Below, one piece after another: positions 32,859 through 44,254 of a stretch of 64,000 nucleotides of DNA; positions within the stretch are counted from its first letter, which is position 1; the number at the start of each line of letters is the position of its first letter. The DNA lies in NCBI GenBank assembly GCA_963663965.2, contig CAXXFK010000028.1:416001-480000 (forward strand), given 5' to 3'. The notes beneath the pieces are model-generated. The model was not told the DNA's origin and made no database searches. It was given only the letters and a program-made list of their open reading frames with translations. The position numbers and the translations under genes are program-made. Origin of the DNA: Sedimentisphaerales bacterium. Lineage in GTDB: Bacteria > Planctomycetota > Phycisphaerae > Sedimentisphaerales > SM23-30.

Positions 32859-34040
32859 ATGCCTGACAAAAGAATCTATTTTGATAATGCGGCGACAAGC
32901 TTTCCCAAACCAGATGCGGTTTATAAGGCAATGGACTATTATGCCCGTCTGATAGGAGCCTCAGCTGGTCGAGGTGCATATCGAGAGGCCGTTGAGTCGG
33001 GCGAAATCATTACTGATACGCGTCAACGATTAGCCAGGTTAATCAATGCTCCTGTTGCGGAATCAATAATTTTCACGTTTAACTGCACCGATGGATTGTC
33101 AATAGGGATAAAAGGACTGGTTGGGCGTTCTGGAGATCATGTAATTACCACTCGAATGGATCATAATTCAGTTTTAAGACCGTTATATCGATTGGAAAGG
33201 GAAAATGGTATTGAAGTTACCTATGTCTCGGCTGAACATGATGGATTAGTTGATCCGGATAATATCCGAAAGGCCATTCAACCCAATACCCGCCTGATTG
33301 CCGTCGTGCATGGCAGCAATGTCTGTGGCTCTATGCAGGATATCGATGCTATTAGTGGGATTGCACGAGAATATGGGGTGCCTCTATTGGTAGATGCTGC
33401 CCAGACGATTGGCCATATGAATATTGATGTTCAGGCCTTACAGATAGATATGCTGGCATTTCCAGGCCATAAAGGACTTTTAGGACCATTAGGTACTGGC
33501 GGTTTGTATATTCGCCCGGGATTTGAACAGCACCTGACGCCCCTTCGCGAGGGGGGGACCGGGAGTAAAAGCGAAGATCCGTTTCAACCGGAGATTATGC
33601 CGGACTGGTTTGAGTCTGGAAGTCATAATGCACTAGGATTGGCGGGGTTACAAGCATCATTGATCTATCTGCAGAAAAGGGGATTGGATAATATTCGCAA
33701 ACATGAAAAGGAATTAATACAATTATTTCTGGATGGGACCGCCGGGATTGATCGTTTGAAAGTCTATGGTCCGAGAACTTCGGATCGTCAGGCTGGTGCC
33801 ATTTCTGTATCGGTGTTCGGATATCCTCCCAATGCCCTGGCCGCTATTTTGGAAACCCGCTATGGTTTATTGACCCGGCCGGGATTACATTGTGCACCCT
33901 TTGCTCATCAGACTATTGGTTCATTCGATCTTGGTGGTACTGTCCGGTTTAGTATGGGGCCTTTTCTCGAAAAAGAGCATGTGAAACAGGCTGTTGAGGC
34001 TTTATTGGAAATTTCTTACAGTCCTGAGCCGGTATTTTAA
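32859..34040 (+). CDS. Cysteine desulfurase/selenocysteine lyase family PLP enzyme (class V)
   Basis: IYFDNAATSFPKP, DHNSVLRP, VDAAQTIG, FPGHKGLLGP (PLP Lys), RPGLHCAP (catalytic Cys); probable ATG 32859 behind GGAG (ORF track start 32829). Confidence 0.88.
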   Translation: MPDKRIYFDNAATSFPKPDAVYKAMDYYARLIGASAGRGAYREAVESGEIITDTRQRLARLINAPVAESIIFTFNCTDGLSIGIKGLVGRSGDHVITTRMDHNSVLRPLYRLERENGIEVTYVSAEHDGLVDPDNIRKAIQPNTRLIAVVHGSNVCGSMQDIDAISGIAREYGVPLLVDAAQTIGHMNIDVQALQIDMLAFPGHKGLLGPLGTGGLYIRPGFEQHLTPLREGGTGSKSEDPFQPEIMPDWFESGSHNALGLAGLQASLIYLQKRGLDNIRKHEKELIQLFLDGTAGIDRLKVYGPRTSDRQAGAISVSVFGYPPNALAAILETRYGLLTRPGLHCAPFAHQTIGSFDLGGTVRFSMGPFLEKEHVKQAVEALLEISYSPEPVF

Positions 34041-34229
34041 TAATTTTAGGTTTTTATTCTGCCGATCTATGCTAAATATAAGCTTGAAATAGACTTAAAG
34101 TACTTAGGTCCATATAACGTTTCAGGCATGAAATTCAAAATTAAATTGGGATTTTTATGTTGGCTTGCTATGATGTTGCCAGTTAAAACCCGAAGTCATT
34201 GACGTTCGATTTAAATTCGACTGGTTGAA

Positions 34230-36209
34230 TTGTCTGATTGTGAAAATGAAGTATATGCAAAAAAAAGGAATGCTTTGTATCGTTTCTGGCGTTATTTAAG
34301 GATTATATCCGTTCATGTAGTGTTATTTGCGGTTTCGCTTTTTTTGGCGTTTATCGTAAATGATGGCATGCGCCTGGGAGATTGGTTCCCAAAACTGTAT
34401 TTACAGTGGTTTTTGGTCACTCTGGTCGTCAAACTGATTGTTTTTGGCCTGTTTCAACAATATCATGGCTGGTGGCGATATGCGAGTGTGTCAGATTTGC
34501 TTAGCATCATTAAGGCTTCACATGTATGCGTGTTGATCATTGTGCCCGGGTGGTACGTGGCCTTGAATATATTTAAAGAAAATCCATGGCCGTTCAGAAA
34601 CATGGAAGTAGCGGTTATGTTGATGGATTGGGCGGCAATGATCATGGTAGTCTGTGGTGCGCGTCTGATCATGCGTCTATATTATGAAGAGACGCAAACT
34701 TTGGAAAGTGGCCGGCTGACCCGTATTCTGATTGTAGGGGCTGGTAACGCCGGCGAAACGCTCTTACGTGAAATTCAACGCATGCCGGTCATGCAATATG
34801 ATGTGGTCGGCTTTATTGATGATGATCGTTCCAAGCAAGGGGTGCGCATTCATGGCGTACCAGTTATGGGCAAGGTTTCTGAGGTTAGGGAAATCGCTCA
34901 GAGCAAAGATGTCGATGAACTGGTTATCGCCATGCCTTCTGTCAGCCACACGAAGCTGCGCGAAGTCATTAAGTATTGTCAGGGAACCAATTTGCGATTC
35001 AGCACAATCCCGGATCTGGTTTCTATTGCTTCGGGAAAAGTCCGGGTTTCGCAAATGCGCGAAGTCGATATCAACGACCTGTTGGGGCGCGATCCGGTCA
35101 AACTCGAACTGGACCATATTCAGAATTTTTTGAAAGACAAGGTGATTCTGATAACCGGGGCCGGGGGGTCGATCGGATCGGAAATGTGCCGCCAGGTCTG
35201 CCAGTTTGGCCCCAAACAACTCATCTTACTGGAGCAGGCAGAAAACCCGCTTTTTTATATCGAAGGTGAATTACGCCGTAAATTTCCTCAGACCCCATTC
35301 CACGGAATTATTTGCGATATTTTCGATCGTGAACGGGTAAATGTTGTATTTGAAACATGTCATCCAGAGGTGGTTATTCATGCCGCCGCTCATAAGCATG
35401 TACCGCTAATGGAAAACAATCCCGGTGAAGCAGTAAAAAACAATATTTGTGGGACACGTAATATTGCCTATGCTGCCGATAAGTACAACGCGACTAACTT
35501 TGTAATGATCTCAACGGATAAAGCGGTTAATCCAACCAGTATTATGGGATCCACCAAACGGGTGGCAGAAATGGTGATTCAGGGTTTGAATGAGCGCAGT
35601 AGTACCCAGTTTGTTACGGTACGGTTTGGAAATGTTCTGGGTAGCAATGGCAGTGTGATCCCCATATTCCGCGAACAAATTGCTCAAGGCGGGCCGGTAA
35701 CGGTGACTCATCCTGAAATGCAGCGTTATTTCATGACAATCCCTGAAGCATCACAACTGGTTTTGCAGGCAGCCACCATGGGGAAAGGCGGAGAGATCTT
35801 TGTTCTGGATATGGGTGAACCGGTTAAAATTGTCGATTTGGCCCGTGAATTGATTACGTTGAGCGGTTTTCGGCCAGGTGATGATATTGAAATTCGATTT
35901 ACCGGAATGCGACCTGGTGAAAAATTATTCGAAGAACTATCGATCGAAGGCGAAGATATGCAGCCAACTTGTCATCCTAAAATTGGTATCTGGAAGAATG
36001 TCCCTACTGATGAAAAACGTTTGACTGAGGCAATCGAACAATTGGCGACATTGGCAAATCGTTGTAGCAGGGATCAGATTGTCAAATTGATTAAGGCTAT
36101 TGTGCCGGAATACTGTGGTGATGTTGATAGCTTGCAGTTGCATGAACAGCATCAAGCCAGGCGTGCTCAAAATAATGATACGAATGGGAATGGTGCTGGT
36201 CAATCTTGA
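34230..36209 (+). CDS. CapD/PglF-like membrane nucleoside-diphosphate sugar 4,6-dehydratase
   Basis: N-terminal TM helices; [75 protein letters not shown]. Confidence 0.92.
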   Translation: MSDCENEVYAKKRNALYRFWRYLRIISVHVVLFAVSLFLAFIVNDGMRLGDWFPKLYLQWFLVTLVVKLIVFGLFQQYHGWWRYASVSDLLSIIKASHVCVLIIVPGWYVALNIFKENPWPFRNMEVAVMLMDWAAMIMVVCGARLIMRLYYEETQTLESGRLTRILIVGAGNAGETLLREIQRMPVMQYDVVGFIDDDRSKQGVRIHGVPVMGKVSEVREIAQSKDVDELVIAMPSVSHTKLREVIKYCQGTNLRFSTIPDLVSIASGKVRVSQMREVDINDLLGRDPVKLELDHIQNFLKDKVILITGAGGSIGSEMCRQVCQFGPKQLILLEQAENPLFYIEGELRRKFPQTPFHGIICDIFDRERVNVVFETCHPEVVIHAAAHKHVPLMENNPGEAVKNNICGTRNIAYAADKYNATNFVMISTDKAVNPTSIMGSTKRVAEMVIQGLNERSSTQFVTVRFGNVLGSNGSVIPIFREQIAQGGPVTVTHPEMQRYFMTIPEASQLVLQAATMGKGGEIFVLDMGEPVKIVDLARELITLSGFRPGDDIEIRFTGMRPGEKLFEELSIEGEDMQPTCHPKIGIWKNVPTDEKRLTEAIEQLATLANRCSRDQIVKLIKAIVPEYCGDVDSLQLHEQHQARRAQNNDTNGNGAGQS

Positions 36210-36282
36210 TATTGGCCGGGACCTGCTGGATCAGGCTGTAAAGTGGTTTTTTATTAAGTTGTGTAAATTGACAGGTAGTGCT

Positions 36283-37254
36283 ATGGTGATCCGTAAACGG
36301 ATATTGATTACAGGAGGAGCGGGTTTTATCGGAAGTCATCTGGCCGAGCGTTTGCTCAATGAAGGCAATAACGTGATTATTATGGATAATTTCCATACCG
36401 GCAGTCGGGATAATATCCGCCATTTACTGGGATGTCCGGAGTTAGAGCTTTGTCGGCATGATGTCACGGAGCGTTACCTGCTGGAAGTGGATCGGATCTA
36501 TAATCTGGCATGTCCCGCATCCCCCATTCATTATCAGAGGAATCCGGTAAAAACGGTTCTGACCAATGTGATGGGAGTCGTTAACGCTTTAAAACTTGCC
36601 CGTGAGATTGGGGCCCGGGTATTGCAGGCGTCTACCTCCGAAGTATATGGCGATCCAACCGTTCATCCACAAAATGAAGCCTACTGGGGTAACGTGAATC
36701 CCATTGGTCCCCGTAGTTGTTATGACGAAGGGAAGCGGACCGCGGAGACCTTGATGTTCGATTATCATCGCGAACACGAGGTCGATATTCGGGTGGCGCG
36801 AATATTCAATACCTATGGCCCGCGAATGAGGCCGGATGATGGCCGGGTGGTCAGTAATTTTGTACTACAGGCATTGCGAGGCGAATCGATAACGATCTAT
36901 GGCGATGGCCGCCAGACACGTAGTTTCTGTTTCGTGGATGATCTGGTTGATGGTTTGATCCGGTTGATGGAGCATGACTGTTTTGTCGGCCCTGTGAATC
37001 TGGGTATGCCCAGTGAACATTCGATTGTAGAAATTGCCGAAACGATTATCAAAGCCTGTCAATCGCAATCGAAACTGGTTAATAAACCGCTGCCTCAGGA
37101 CGATCCCGTTCGACGATGTCCGGATATCTCGTTAGCCCGTGAAAAGCTTGGCTGGGAGCCGAAAGTGGCTTTTGCCGATGGCGTTATACGAACGGTGGAT
37201 TACTTTAAACCCATTGCCCGGGTTTTGGGCGCTCCGGCTAGACAACCCCGATAG
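36283..37254 (+). CDS. UDP-glucuronate decarboxylase (UDP-xylose synthase) family
   Basis: [74 protein letters not shown]; probable ATG 36283 (ORF track start 36100). Confidence 0.92.
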   Translation: MVIRKRILITGGAGFIGSHLAERLLNEGNNVIIMDNFHTGSRDNIRHLLGCPELELCRHDVTERYLLEVDRIYNLACPASPIHYQRNPVKTVLTNVMGVVNALKLAREIGARVLQASTSEVYGDPTVHPQNEAYWGNVNPIGPRSCYDEGKRTAETLMFDYHREHEVDIRVARIFNTYGPRMRPDDGRVVSNFVLQALRGESITIYGDGRQTRSFCFVDDLVDGLIRLMEHDCFVGPVNLGMPSEHSIVEIAETIIKACQSQSKLVNKPLPQDDPVRRCPDISLAREKLGWEPKVAFADGVIRTVDYFKPIARVLGAPARQPR

Positions 37255-37263
37255 AGTGAGAAT

Positions 37264-38163
37264 ATGCATTTAGAATTACGGACAGTTCCCGACAGCCAAT
37301 CCTATGCCTCCCTGATAGATCTGGCCTGGCAGGAGGATTATCATGGCTGCGATCTGACCTCGGAAGCCACTATAACTAAAGAAAAACTGGGGCGCGCAGC
37401 ACTGGTTGTTCGTGAATCTGGGGTATTGGCCGGAATGCCGATGGTGGTACAGGTGCTGAAACGTTATGATCGACAACTGGCGTTGGATATTAAAGTCAAA
37501 GATGGTGAATTGGTATCGGCCGGGCAGGCTGTTGGTATGATTTCAGGACCGGTTCGGACCCTGTTGGCGGCGGAGCGGGTCGTATTGAATTTCCTGCAAC
37601 GTTTAAGCGGGATCGCGACGCAAACACGGCGTTATGTGGCTGCGGTCTCTGGTTATCCGACACAAATCTGTGATACCCGAAAAACCACACCCGGCTGGCG
37701 GGTTCTGGAAAAATATGCCGTGCGATGTGGCGGTGGATATAATCATCGCCAGGGATTATATGATGCGGCCTTGATCAAGGACAATCATCTGGCCAGCTTG
37801 AACGCTCCGGATCTGGTTAGTGGGTTAAAACAGGCGATTCAACTGCTGAAAGCCGGCGATAAAAAACCCGCATTTATCCAGGTCGAAGTCGATACTCTCG
37901 ATCAATTGAGACAGGTTCTCTGTGTTGAAGGAATCGATATCGTGTTGCTGGATAATATGACAGATAAACAAATGGTCCAGGCAGTGGCGCTGCGGGATCA
38001 GGCTGGACTGAAAGGACGTGTTCAATTGGAAGCGTCAGGTGGAATTACATTAGAGAGATTACCGTCAATTGCCGCCACGGGCGTGGATCGGATTTCGGTC
38101 GGAGCGCTGACTCATTCAGTACGGACTTTGGATATCGGACTGGATATGATTGATGACGACTGA
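37264..38163 (+). CDS. nadC: Quinolinate phosphoribosyltransferase (nicotinate-nucleotide diphosphorylase)
   Basis: ERVVLNFLQRLSGIAT, DTRKTTPG, NHRQGLYD, IKDNH, VLLDNM, EASGGI, ISVGALTHS. Confidence 0.95.
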   Translation: MHLELRTVPDSQSYASLIDLAWQEDYHGCDLTSEATITKEKLGRAALVVRESGVLAGMPMVVQVLKRYDRQLALDIKVKDGELVSAGQAVGMISGPVRTLLAAERVVLNFLQRLSGIATQTRRYVAAVSGYPTQICDTRKTTPGWRVLEKYAVRCGGGYNHRQGLYDAALIKDNHLASLNAPDLVSGLKQAIQLLKAGDKKPAFIQVEVDTLDQLRQVLCVEGIDIVLLDNMTDKQMVQAVALRDQAGLKGRVQLEASGGITLERLPSIAATGVDRISVGALTHSVRTLDIGLDMIDDD

Positions 38164-39163
38164 GTTGATCAACTTATTGTCTTCTCAATCCGGCCAATGG
38201 TATACCCTGCGTTCCATTCAAAATCTGACCGGCTTGTCGCTGGAGAGTATTCTGAATCAAGTTGAGATCCTCAGAAAAAGCGGATACTGGATTGAAATCT
38301 CACCCGCCTTGGGATATCGATTGCATCCCAATAGTACCGGATTGACTTATGACCGGATTGAGCTGGAATTGACCACCCGTCGAATTGGACGCCGGTTGCT
38401 TGTGTATCAGGAAACCGACAGTACCAATGATGTGGTTTGGAGTTATGCCTCTGAGTTGGCGTATGGCCGTCACGATTATGACGGTCTGGCAGTATTTGCC
38501 GATCATCAGCGAACCGGGCGCGGCCGATTGGGGCGATCCTGGTTTTCCATGCCGGGCGCGGCTTTATTGGGATCGGTATTAATCTATGATGATATAGCTC
38601 GAAGAAAAATCGTATCTCAAGCGTTGTCAATTGCCGCGGGAATCAGCGCGGCTCAGGCTATTGATGAAACAGGCGGGATCGATACTCAAATAAAATGGCC
38701 CAACGATGTGTTATGGCAGTCGATGAAATTGGCCGGCGTCATGGTGGAATCTCGTCAAATAGGCGAAGAATGGGCTTATGTTCTGGGAATCGGTATCAAT
38801 TGTTCTATGGAGAATGAACACTTGCCACCAGATTTGATCGGACGCGCGGTTTCAATTAGGCAAGTTACGGGCCAACCGGTAGATCGGGAAAAATTGGCTC
38901 AAGCCTTGCTCCTGAATCTGGATCACTGGTTATCAGGATTGAGTAGTGACGCCAAGACTCGACGAAACACGATTAAGGAATTGCATGAAATCTGGGTTAA
39001 AAAGTGTATCAATATAGGCAACCGCTTAACGCTGATATGGAATAATAGAGAATTTTGTGGCCGGGTGGTAGATGTTGATATAGAACATGGGTTGCTGATG
39101 CAACTGGACAGCGGTGGCGTACGGCTGTTTGATGCGTCGACAACTACCGTGAAGCCGGAATGA
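38150..39163 (+). CDS. birA: Biotin-protein ligase with probable N-terminal HTH
   Basis: TDSTND, QRTGRGRLGRSW, IKWPNDV, KLAGVMVE, LGIGIN; N-terminal ILRKSGYWIE..GYRL. Confidence 0.92.
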   Translation: MMTTELINLLSSQSGQWYTLRSIQNLTGLSLESILNQVEILRKSGYWIEISPALGYRLHPNSTGLTYDRIELELTTRRIGRRLLVYQETDSTNDVVWSYASELAYGRHDYDGLAVFADHQRTGRGRLGRSWFSMPGAALLGSVLIYDDIARRKIVSQALSIAAGISAAQAIDETGGIDTQIKWPNDVLWQSMKLAGVMVESRQIGEEWAYVLGIGINCSMENEHLPPDLIGRAVSIRQVTGQPVDREKLAQALLLNLDHWLSGLSSDAKTRRNTIKELHEIWVKKCINIGNRLTLIWNNREFCGRVVDVDIEHGLLMQLDSGGVRLFDASTTTVKPE

Positions 39164-39187
39164 AAAACTGCTGCCAGATAAGTTTTG

Positions 39188-40987
39188 TTACGAGTGGCTG
39201 TTTTTTTTGCCTCGATGCATTAACGGCATGAATAAGAAAAACGCTGACAAAATAGCGGTCGATATGCCGAATAGATCTCCATAAATCGAGTAAAATGAGA
39301 TCGTGGGATTCGTATGAATAGTATCCGTTAAAAAACCGCGTTGAGAACTGCGATGCCAGGGATCTTCAGGCAGGGTGCCGGCCAGTGGTGTCGCTTGGAG
39401 CGAACCATCCGGTTGGATAAAGGCTGAGATACCGCCATTGACAGCCCGGGCAATCCCAATACGATTTTCAATAGCGCGAAAGCGGCAAATGGCAAGGTGC
39501 TGGGGAATTTCCGCCAGCGCTTGAAGAGGTTTGCCATCCAGTCCGCTTTTTAAATACCAGCCGTCATTACTGATGTTGAGCAAAAAGTCGGCCTTTTTTT
39601 CCCCATCCTCAATTTGTATGAGTTTGCGGGGCATGTAAGGGATGACATCTTCATAGCAAATCGCAACGGCAAAACGAAGTTCGAGACCTTTGGGGGTCTT
39701 GAATGTGAATAGGGTGGGTGTCTTTCCGGATTCAACGCTGTAATCATATTCATAAGGAGTAAATCGCATCAATAATCGATACAGCCAGGGAATGGAGTAC
39801 TTGAAAGGAATCGTTTCGCCAAAAGGCACTAAATGCATCTTCCAGTAGGTTTCAGAATAACGGGAACCATCCGGAAGATAAAGCATGGCGGCGTTGGCTT
39901 GTTTTCCCGGTACCAGATAGCCATTATGTATTGCATATTCGAAATGGGGTGTGCCAATAAGCAGGCCTACTCCTTCTTTTGCTGTCTGGCTGAGGAGTTT
40001 GTCATACCTGCGATGAGTATCGATAGTCGCTAATATGTCTGTAATATCATATCCGGGTAAAGTGAAATTCAGGAATTCTTCGTTTAAATAAGGCGCCATG
40101 GTTTCCGGCCAGACAATCAGATCGGGCTTGGTTTCATTTTCCATGGCCATACGGGTGAGTTCAAGATGGCTGTTAAACAGGGTGTCCCATTGGTTGACAG
40201 TCGGGTCGTTGAATTCCGGTTTATTGGACTGTGGCACATTGTCCTGGATCATCGTCAGAGTCGGGCCGGTTTCGTTTGTTTTATGAATTTGATTCAGGCG
40301 AATCTGGCCGTAACCGAATACAACGAGGATGCAAGTGAAGGTGATGGCTGTCAGCCTGAAGGGGGATAGGGGCTTGGATTTGCCATTTTCTTGAGGGGTA
40401 TTGAGGGGCCGTAGCAAAAAATCGCATATCAAACCATTGGTCATGGCAAGGATAAAAGTGATGCCATAGGTTCCGGTCATGTCGGCAATTTGTATAAGAG
40501 GCAAATTATTATGCTGACTGTGAGACAAGAAAAACCAGGGAAAACCCGTCATAACAACTGATCGCAGATATTCCTGCCCGGACCAGAGCACTGGCAATAC
40601 TAAGGTTAAAGGCCAGCGTTTTTTTAGATAGATTTTTCGGATAATAAAACCGCATGCCAGATAATAAACAGCCAGATAAAGGCATAATCCCAGCCAACCG
40701 GCAGAAGTAACGGGTATAAGCCAGCGCAGTATAATCAAAAAATAAATGAGGGCGCTACCATAGAAAAGCAGTGTGCCACGAATACGGGATGCGTAGGTGG
40801 CGGCGGCGATAGCCCAGGGAGCCAGGCAAAACCAGGCCAGCCATCCCAGATTGGCTGGTTCTTGACTCAAGGCCTGCATGATTAAAGAAAATACGACCAG
40901 AATAGCAGCCGTGCGGCCTTTCAGACTGGCTCTGCGAAGGCGATAATTATCGGGTAGATTGATTTCTCGTAATGAAGATTGATTCAT
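39188..40987 (-). CDS. lnt: Apolipoprotein N-acyltransferase
   Basis: TM N-terminus, TGFPW, LIVWPET, YWKMHLVPFGE, AICYED (E-K-C triad), NISNDGWY, RAIENR. Confidence 0.93.
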   Translation of the reverse strand: MNQSSLREINLPDNYRLRRASLKGRTAAILVVFSLIMQALSQEPANLGWLAWFCLAPWAIAAATYASRIRGTLLFYGSALIYFLIILRWLIPVTSAGWLGLCLYLAVYYLACGFIIRKIYLKKRWPLTLVLPVLWSGQEYLRSVVMTGFPWFFLSHSQHNNLPLIQIADMTGTYGITFILAMTNGLICDFLLRPLNTPQENGKSKPLSPFRLTAITFTCILVVFGYGQIRLNQIHKTNETGPTLTMIQDNVPQSNKPEFNDPTVNQWDTLFNSHLELTRMAMENETKPDLIVWPETMAPYLNEEFLNFTLPGYDITDILATIDTHRRYDKLLSQTAKEGVGLLIGTPHFEYAIHNGYLVPGKQANAAMLYLPDGSRYSETYWKMHLVPFGETIPFKYSIPWLYRLLMRFTPYEYDYSVESGKTPTLFTFKTPKGLELRFAVAICYEDVIPYMPRKLIQIEDGEKKADFLLNISNDGWYLKSGLDGKPLQALAEIPQHLAICRFRAIENRIGIARAVNGGISAFIQPDGSLQATPLAGTLPEDPWHRSSQRGFLTDTIHTNPTISFYSIYGDLFGISTAILSAFFLFMPLMHRGKKNSHS

Positions 40988-41043
40988 GGTATCAGATCAG
41001 GATAAATCCGTATCGGGATTCAGTCTTGGGAATTTTATGAGCT

Positions 41044-41880
41044 TTATTGTGGGTATCCCATTTCCTGTCGCAAGAGAACCCTCAATTGTGAGGCGAGCGG
41101 GGTATGCCCGGATGCCGGAATAATGGGGTGGCGGTCTACTTCTACAATATTAGTTACCTCCGTAGAAGTGCCTGAGAGGAATAACTCGTCAGCTTGCAGC
41201 ATTTGTTCTTTGGTAAATGATTCTTCTCGAACCGCCAGGCCTAGTTGAGGAGCCAGCTTGATGAGGTATGACCGGGTGATCCCCGGTAAGATATTTGCTG
41301 AAAGCGGCGTAGTCCACAACTGATGGTCTTTAATCATAAATACCGTGCTGCTGGTGGATTCTGTAACCAGATCATCGTCGGTAACAAAGATGGCGTCATC
41401 ACATTTGGCATGGGTTGCGGCATGGCGTGCCATAACATTAGCCAGAAGATTAAGCGATTTAATATGACAGCGTTTCCAGCGAATATCTGGATAAGTCATG
41501 ACTTTGGCGGTATGGGCTCTGTCTTTGTGGGGCCGAATCGTCAGGAAAAAATTCGGTTCGAAATCATCTTGATAATCATGGTTCCGGACATATGAACCCC
41601 GGGTTATGTGAAAATATACCAGCGCTTCCGGGATATTGGCTTCAGCCAGTGCCCGGTCTATTCTGCGGCCGATCTGAACCAGGTCAACCCGATGAAGCAT
41701 ATCCATATCTCTCAGGCTGTTTTCCAGGCGGACCATATGTTCAGACCGGGCAAATAACGATCCATTGCAAAAGCGGATAGCCTCATAAACGCCGTCTCCA
41801 AAATAAATTCCCCGGTCATGGGCGCTGATTTGCGCCTGGTTGATTGGAACGATCATGTCGTTGATCATGGCGATTTCCAT
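41044..41880 (-). CDS. Class IV PLP aminotransferase (D-amino acid aminotransferase-like)
   Basis: DRGIYFGDGVYE, IRWKRCHIKSLNLL, ILPGITR, ADELFLSGT; probable ATG 41880 behind GGAG (ORF track start 41913). Confidence 0.88.
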   Translation of the reverse strand: MEIAMINDMIVPINQAQISAHDRGIYFGDGVYEAIRFCNGSLFARSEHMVRLENSLRDMDMLHRVDLVQIGRRIDRALAEANIPEALVYFHITRGSYVRNHDYQDDFEPNFFLTIRPHKDRAHTAKVMTYPDIRWKRCHIKSLNLLANVMARHAATHAKCDDAIFVTDDDLVTESTSSTVFMIKDHQLWTTPLSANILPGITRSYLIKLAPQLGLAVREESFTKEQMLQADELFLSGTSTEVTNIVEVDRHPIIPASGHTPLASQLRVLLRQEMGYPQ

Positions 41881-42030
41881 ACAGTTAACTCCAGTGTTAA
41901 ATGAAAAATCCATTTTTCAATGACGGTTTTTGAACAAAAACCGGCCAGCACAGTATAATAATATCATCTTTATGTGACAAATTAATTGCATGGAAGATTA
42001 TTGGTAACATGGGAAGTTGTATGGATTGTC

Positions 42031-42059
42031 TTGACATAACATGTTGTAAATGCTATAAA
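42031..42059 (+). promoter_or_regulatory. Near-consensus sigma70 promoter for the SHOCT-clpX unit
   Basis: TTGACA (42031-36), 17-nt spacer, TATAAA (42054-59) with extended TGn. Confidence 0.65.
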
Positions 42060-42066
42060 TACGATT

Positions 42067-42330
42067 ATGTTTGAACTGTGTGCCATAGTGAGTGGGCTTA
42101 AGAAACATCTCCCCCAGAGTATTCTCTGGATGGCATTGACGATCATCACCCTTTTATTGGGTGGTATCGCGATTATGTATATAAGGAAAAAAATACGGAG
42201 TTCAATAGAGGATAAAAATTCACAAGAGGCCTTTAAACTTGACGATTTAAAGAAAATGAGAGACAATGGCCAGATTAGCGAGGAAGAGTTTAAGACTCTT
42301 CGGGCCAGAATGATACAAAATATGATGTGA
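42067..42330 (+). CDS. Small single-TM protein with C-terminal SHOCT domain
   Basis: TM ILWMALTIITLLLGGIAIMYI; LDDLKKMRDNGQISEEEFKTLRARM. Confidence 0.75.
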   Translation: MFELCAIVSGLKKHLPQSILWMALTIITLLLGGIAIMYIRKKIRSSIEDKNSQEAFKLDDLKKMRDNGQISEEEFKTLRARMIQNMM

Positions 42331-42372
42331 ACATAACCTGTTTATTGATAACAGGCTAGATAGGAGAGATAC

Positions 42373-43665
42373 ATGGCTAGTGGCCGTCGTACCAGTAATG
42401 GAACCGGAAACCGTCGTCGCAGCAGCCTCTGTAGTTTTTGTGGTAAAAGCGATAGAGAGGTAGGTCCAATAATCGAGGGGCCAGATTCTGTTTCGATATG
42501 TGGTTATTGTGTAGAACTCTGTAATAATATTATCGAACAGGAAAAGCGTAAAACCAGACGCTTTCAAACGGATATTCCCACGCCTAAAAAAATTAAAGAA
42601 TACCTGGATCAGTATATCATTGGCCAGGATTATGCCAAAAAATGTATTTCGGTTGCGGTCCATAATCACTATAAACGTTTATCCTATACGGATACCAAAG
42701 AAAATGATGATGTTGAAATTGAAAAGAGTAACATATTATTAATTGGCCCAACCGGTAGCGGAAAAACCCTGCTGGCCAGAACCCTGGCGAAATTCTTAAA
42801 TGTACCGTTTGCCATAAGTGATGCAACTACTTTAACCGAAGCGGGTTACGTTGGTGAAGATGTTGAAAATATCCTCTTGCGGCTGTTGCAGGCGGCAGAA
42901 TACGATATCGAGGCGGCTCAGCGCGGAATTATCTATATCGATGAAATTGATAAAATCGGTAAGACTAATCAGAATGTCAGTATTACCCGTGATGTATCAG
43001 GGGAAGGCGTTCAACAATCTTTATTGAAGATATTGGAAGGAACAATTTCGAATATCCCGCCGCAAGGTGGCCGCAAACATCCTGAACAGCAATATATTCA
43101 AATGGATACGACTCAGATCCTGTTCATCTGTGGCGGAACGTTTGCCGGTTTAAAAGATATTATCAAAAAAAGATTGGGACGTCAGCGTATCGGATTTGGC
43201 GCTGAAGAGGCTGAGCAACGCAGCGAAATGGAAATTACCGGCGATGTCTTTCGTTCGGTTATACCGCAGGATCTGGTGCATTTTGGTATGATTCCAGAGT
43301 TAATAGGTCGATTGCCGATTATATCGAACCTGCTGGAATTGGATGAAGATGCCCTGGTTCGTATTATTACTGAACCCAAAAACGCATTAATCAAACAATA
43401 TCAGAAATATTTTGAGATTACTGCTGCTGAACTGGAATTTACCGAAGGTGCTTTAAGAGCGATTGCAAGAAGGGGCATGAAACGCGATGTTGGTGCCCGG
43501 GCATTGAGAGGGGTATTTGAAGAATTAATGCTCGATTTGATGTATGATCTTCCAGACCAGAAATCCGGTCAGAAATTTATCATTACCGAAGACATTGTGG
43601 ATGGTCGGGCTGATGTCGGATCGTCATTACAGAAAGAGCGCGGCACCAAAAAAGAACCTGCCTGA
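42373..43665 (+). CDS. clpX: ATP-dependent Clp protease ATP-binding subunit ClpX
   Basis: Zn-binding [55 protein letters not shown] loop; RBS AGGAG. Confidence 0.97.
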   Translation: MASGRRTSNGTGNRRRSSLCSFCGKSDREVGPIIEGPDSVSICGYCVELCNNIIEQEKRKTRRFQTDIPTPKKIKEYLDQYIIGQDYAKKCISVAVHNHYKRLSYTDTKENDDVEIEKSNILLIGPTGSGKTLLARTLAKFLNVPFAISDATTLTEAGYVGEDVENILLRLLQAAEYDIEAAQRGIIYIDEIDKIGKTNQNVSITRDVSGEGVQQSLLKILEGTISNIPPQGGRKHPEQQYIQMDTTQILFICGGTFAGLKDIIKKRLGRQRIGFGAEEAEQRSEMEITGDVFRSVIPQDLVHFGMIPELIGRLPIISNLLELDEDALVRIITEPKNALIKQYQKYFEITAAELEFTEGALRAIARRGMKRDVGARALRGVFEELMLDLMYDLPDQKSGQKFIITEDIVDGRADVGSSLQKERGTKKEPA

Positions 43666-43693
43666 GAGATTAGGCATTGATGGCAAATGGATT

Positions 43694-43727
43694 AGCCGAT
43701 CTTGACAAAGAGCAAGATCGGTTTTTT
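43694..43727 (+). terminator. Intrinsic terminator after clpX
   Basis: GCCGATCTTG-acaaagag-CAAGATCGGT followed by a T tract. Confidence 0.8.
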
Positions 43728-44044
43728 ATTTTATAGGATCTTAAGAGGTTATCGTCCGATATATCAAAATAGGCGTTAATAGTCTGATAATTATTATGGA
43801 ATAATGACCAAAGGGGTGAAAGTAGCTAAGTTGTTTGTTTGTAGTACGTTATAATTTTTTGTCTGTGTGATTTGGTCCATTTACCGTCTTTTTCAAAACA
43901 GTGTTCAGACAAAACTCGTCTTGGGTTAACGCGTTGTATAATTGCTGACGATATAAACATTGAGTTAAATTATTTGATTTGCCGTTGTTAATACGAAGCA
44001 ACTGAAACTATGATCCATCGGATATATCTGACAATCAAAAAATT

Positions 44045-44254
44045 ATGGCAGTAACTATCATGTGTCCGAATCTACGCTGCCGGAAAGTTCTGGTAGTCCC
44101 CAATGCCTTACGAGGATCGAGGGTTCGTTGCGCTTATTGTAGTACAATTCTATCGGTACCGGCTGCCAACCCATCTCATTCTGTGTCTGAACCGTCTCCT
44201 GCAGGTAAAACAGAAAGCAAATCTGGAATCAAAAAAGGACGTCGCGGCAAATAA
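44045..44254 (+). CDS. Small zinc-ribbon protein
   Basis: CPNLRC..RVRCAYC Cys pairs, then a basic low-complexity tail. Confidence 0.65.
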   Translation: MAVTIMCPNLRCRKVLVVPNALRGSRVRCAYCSTILSVPAANPSHSVSEPSPAGKTESKSGIKKGRRGK

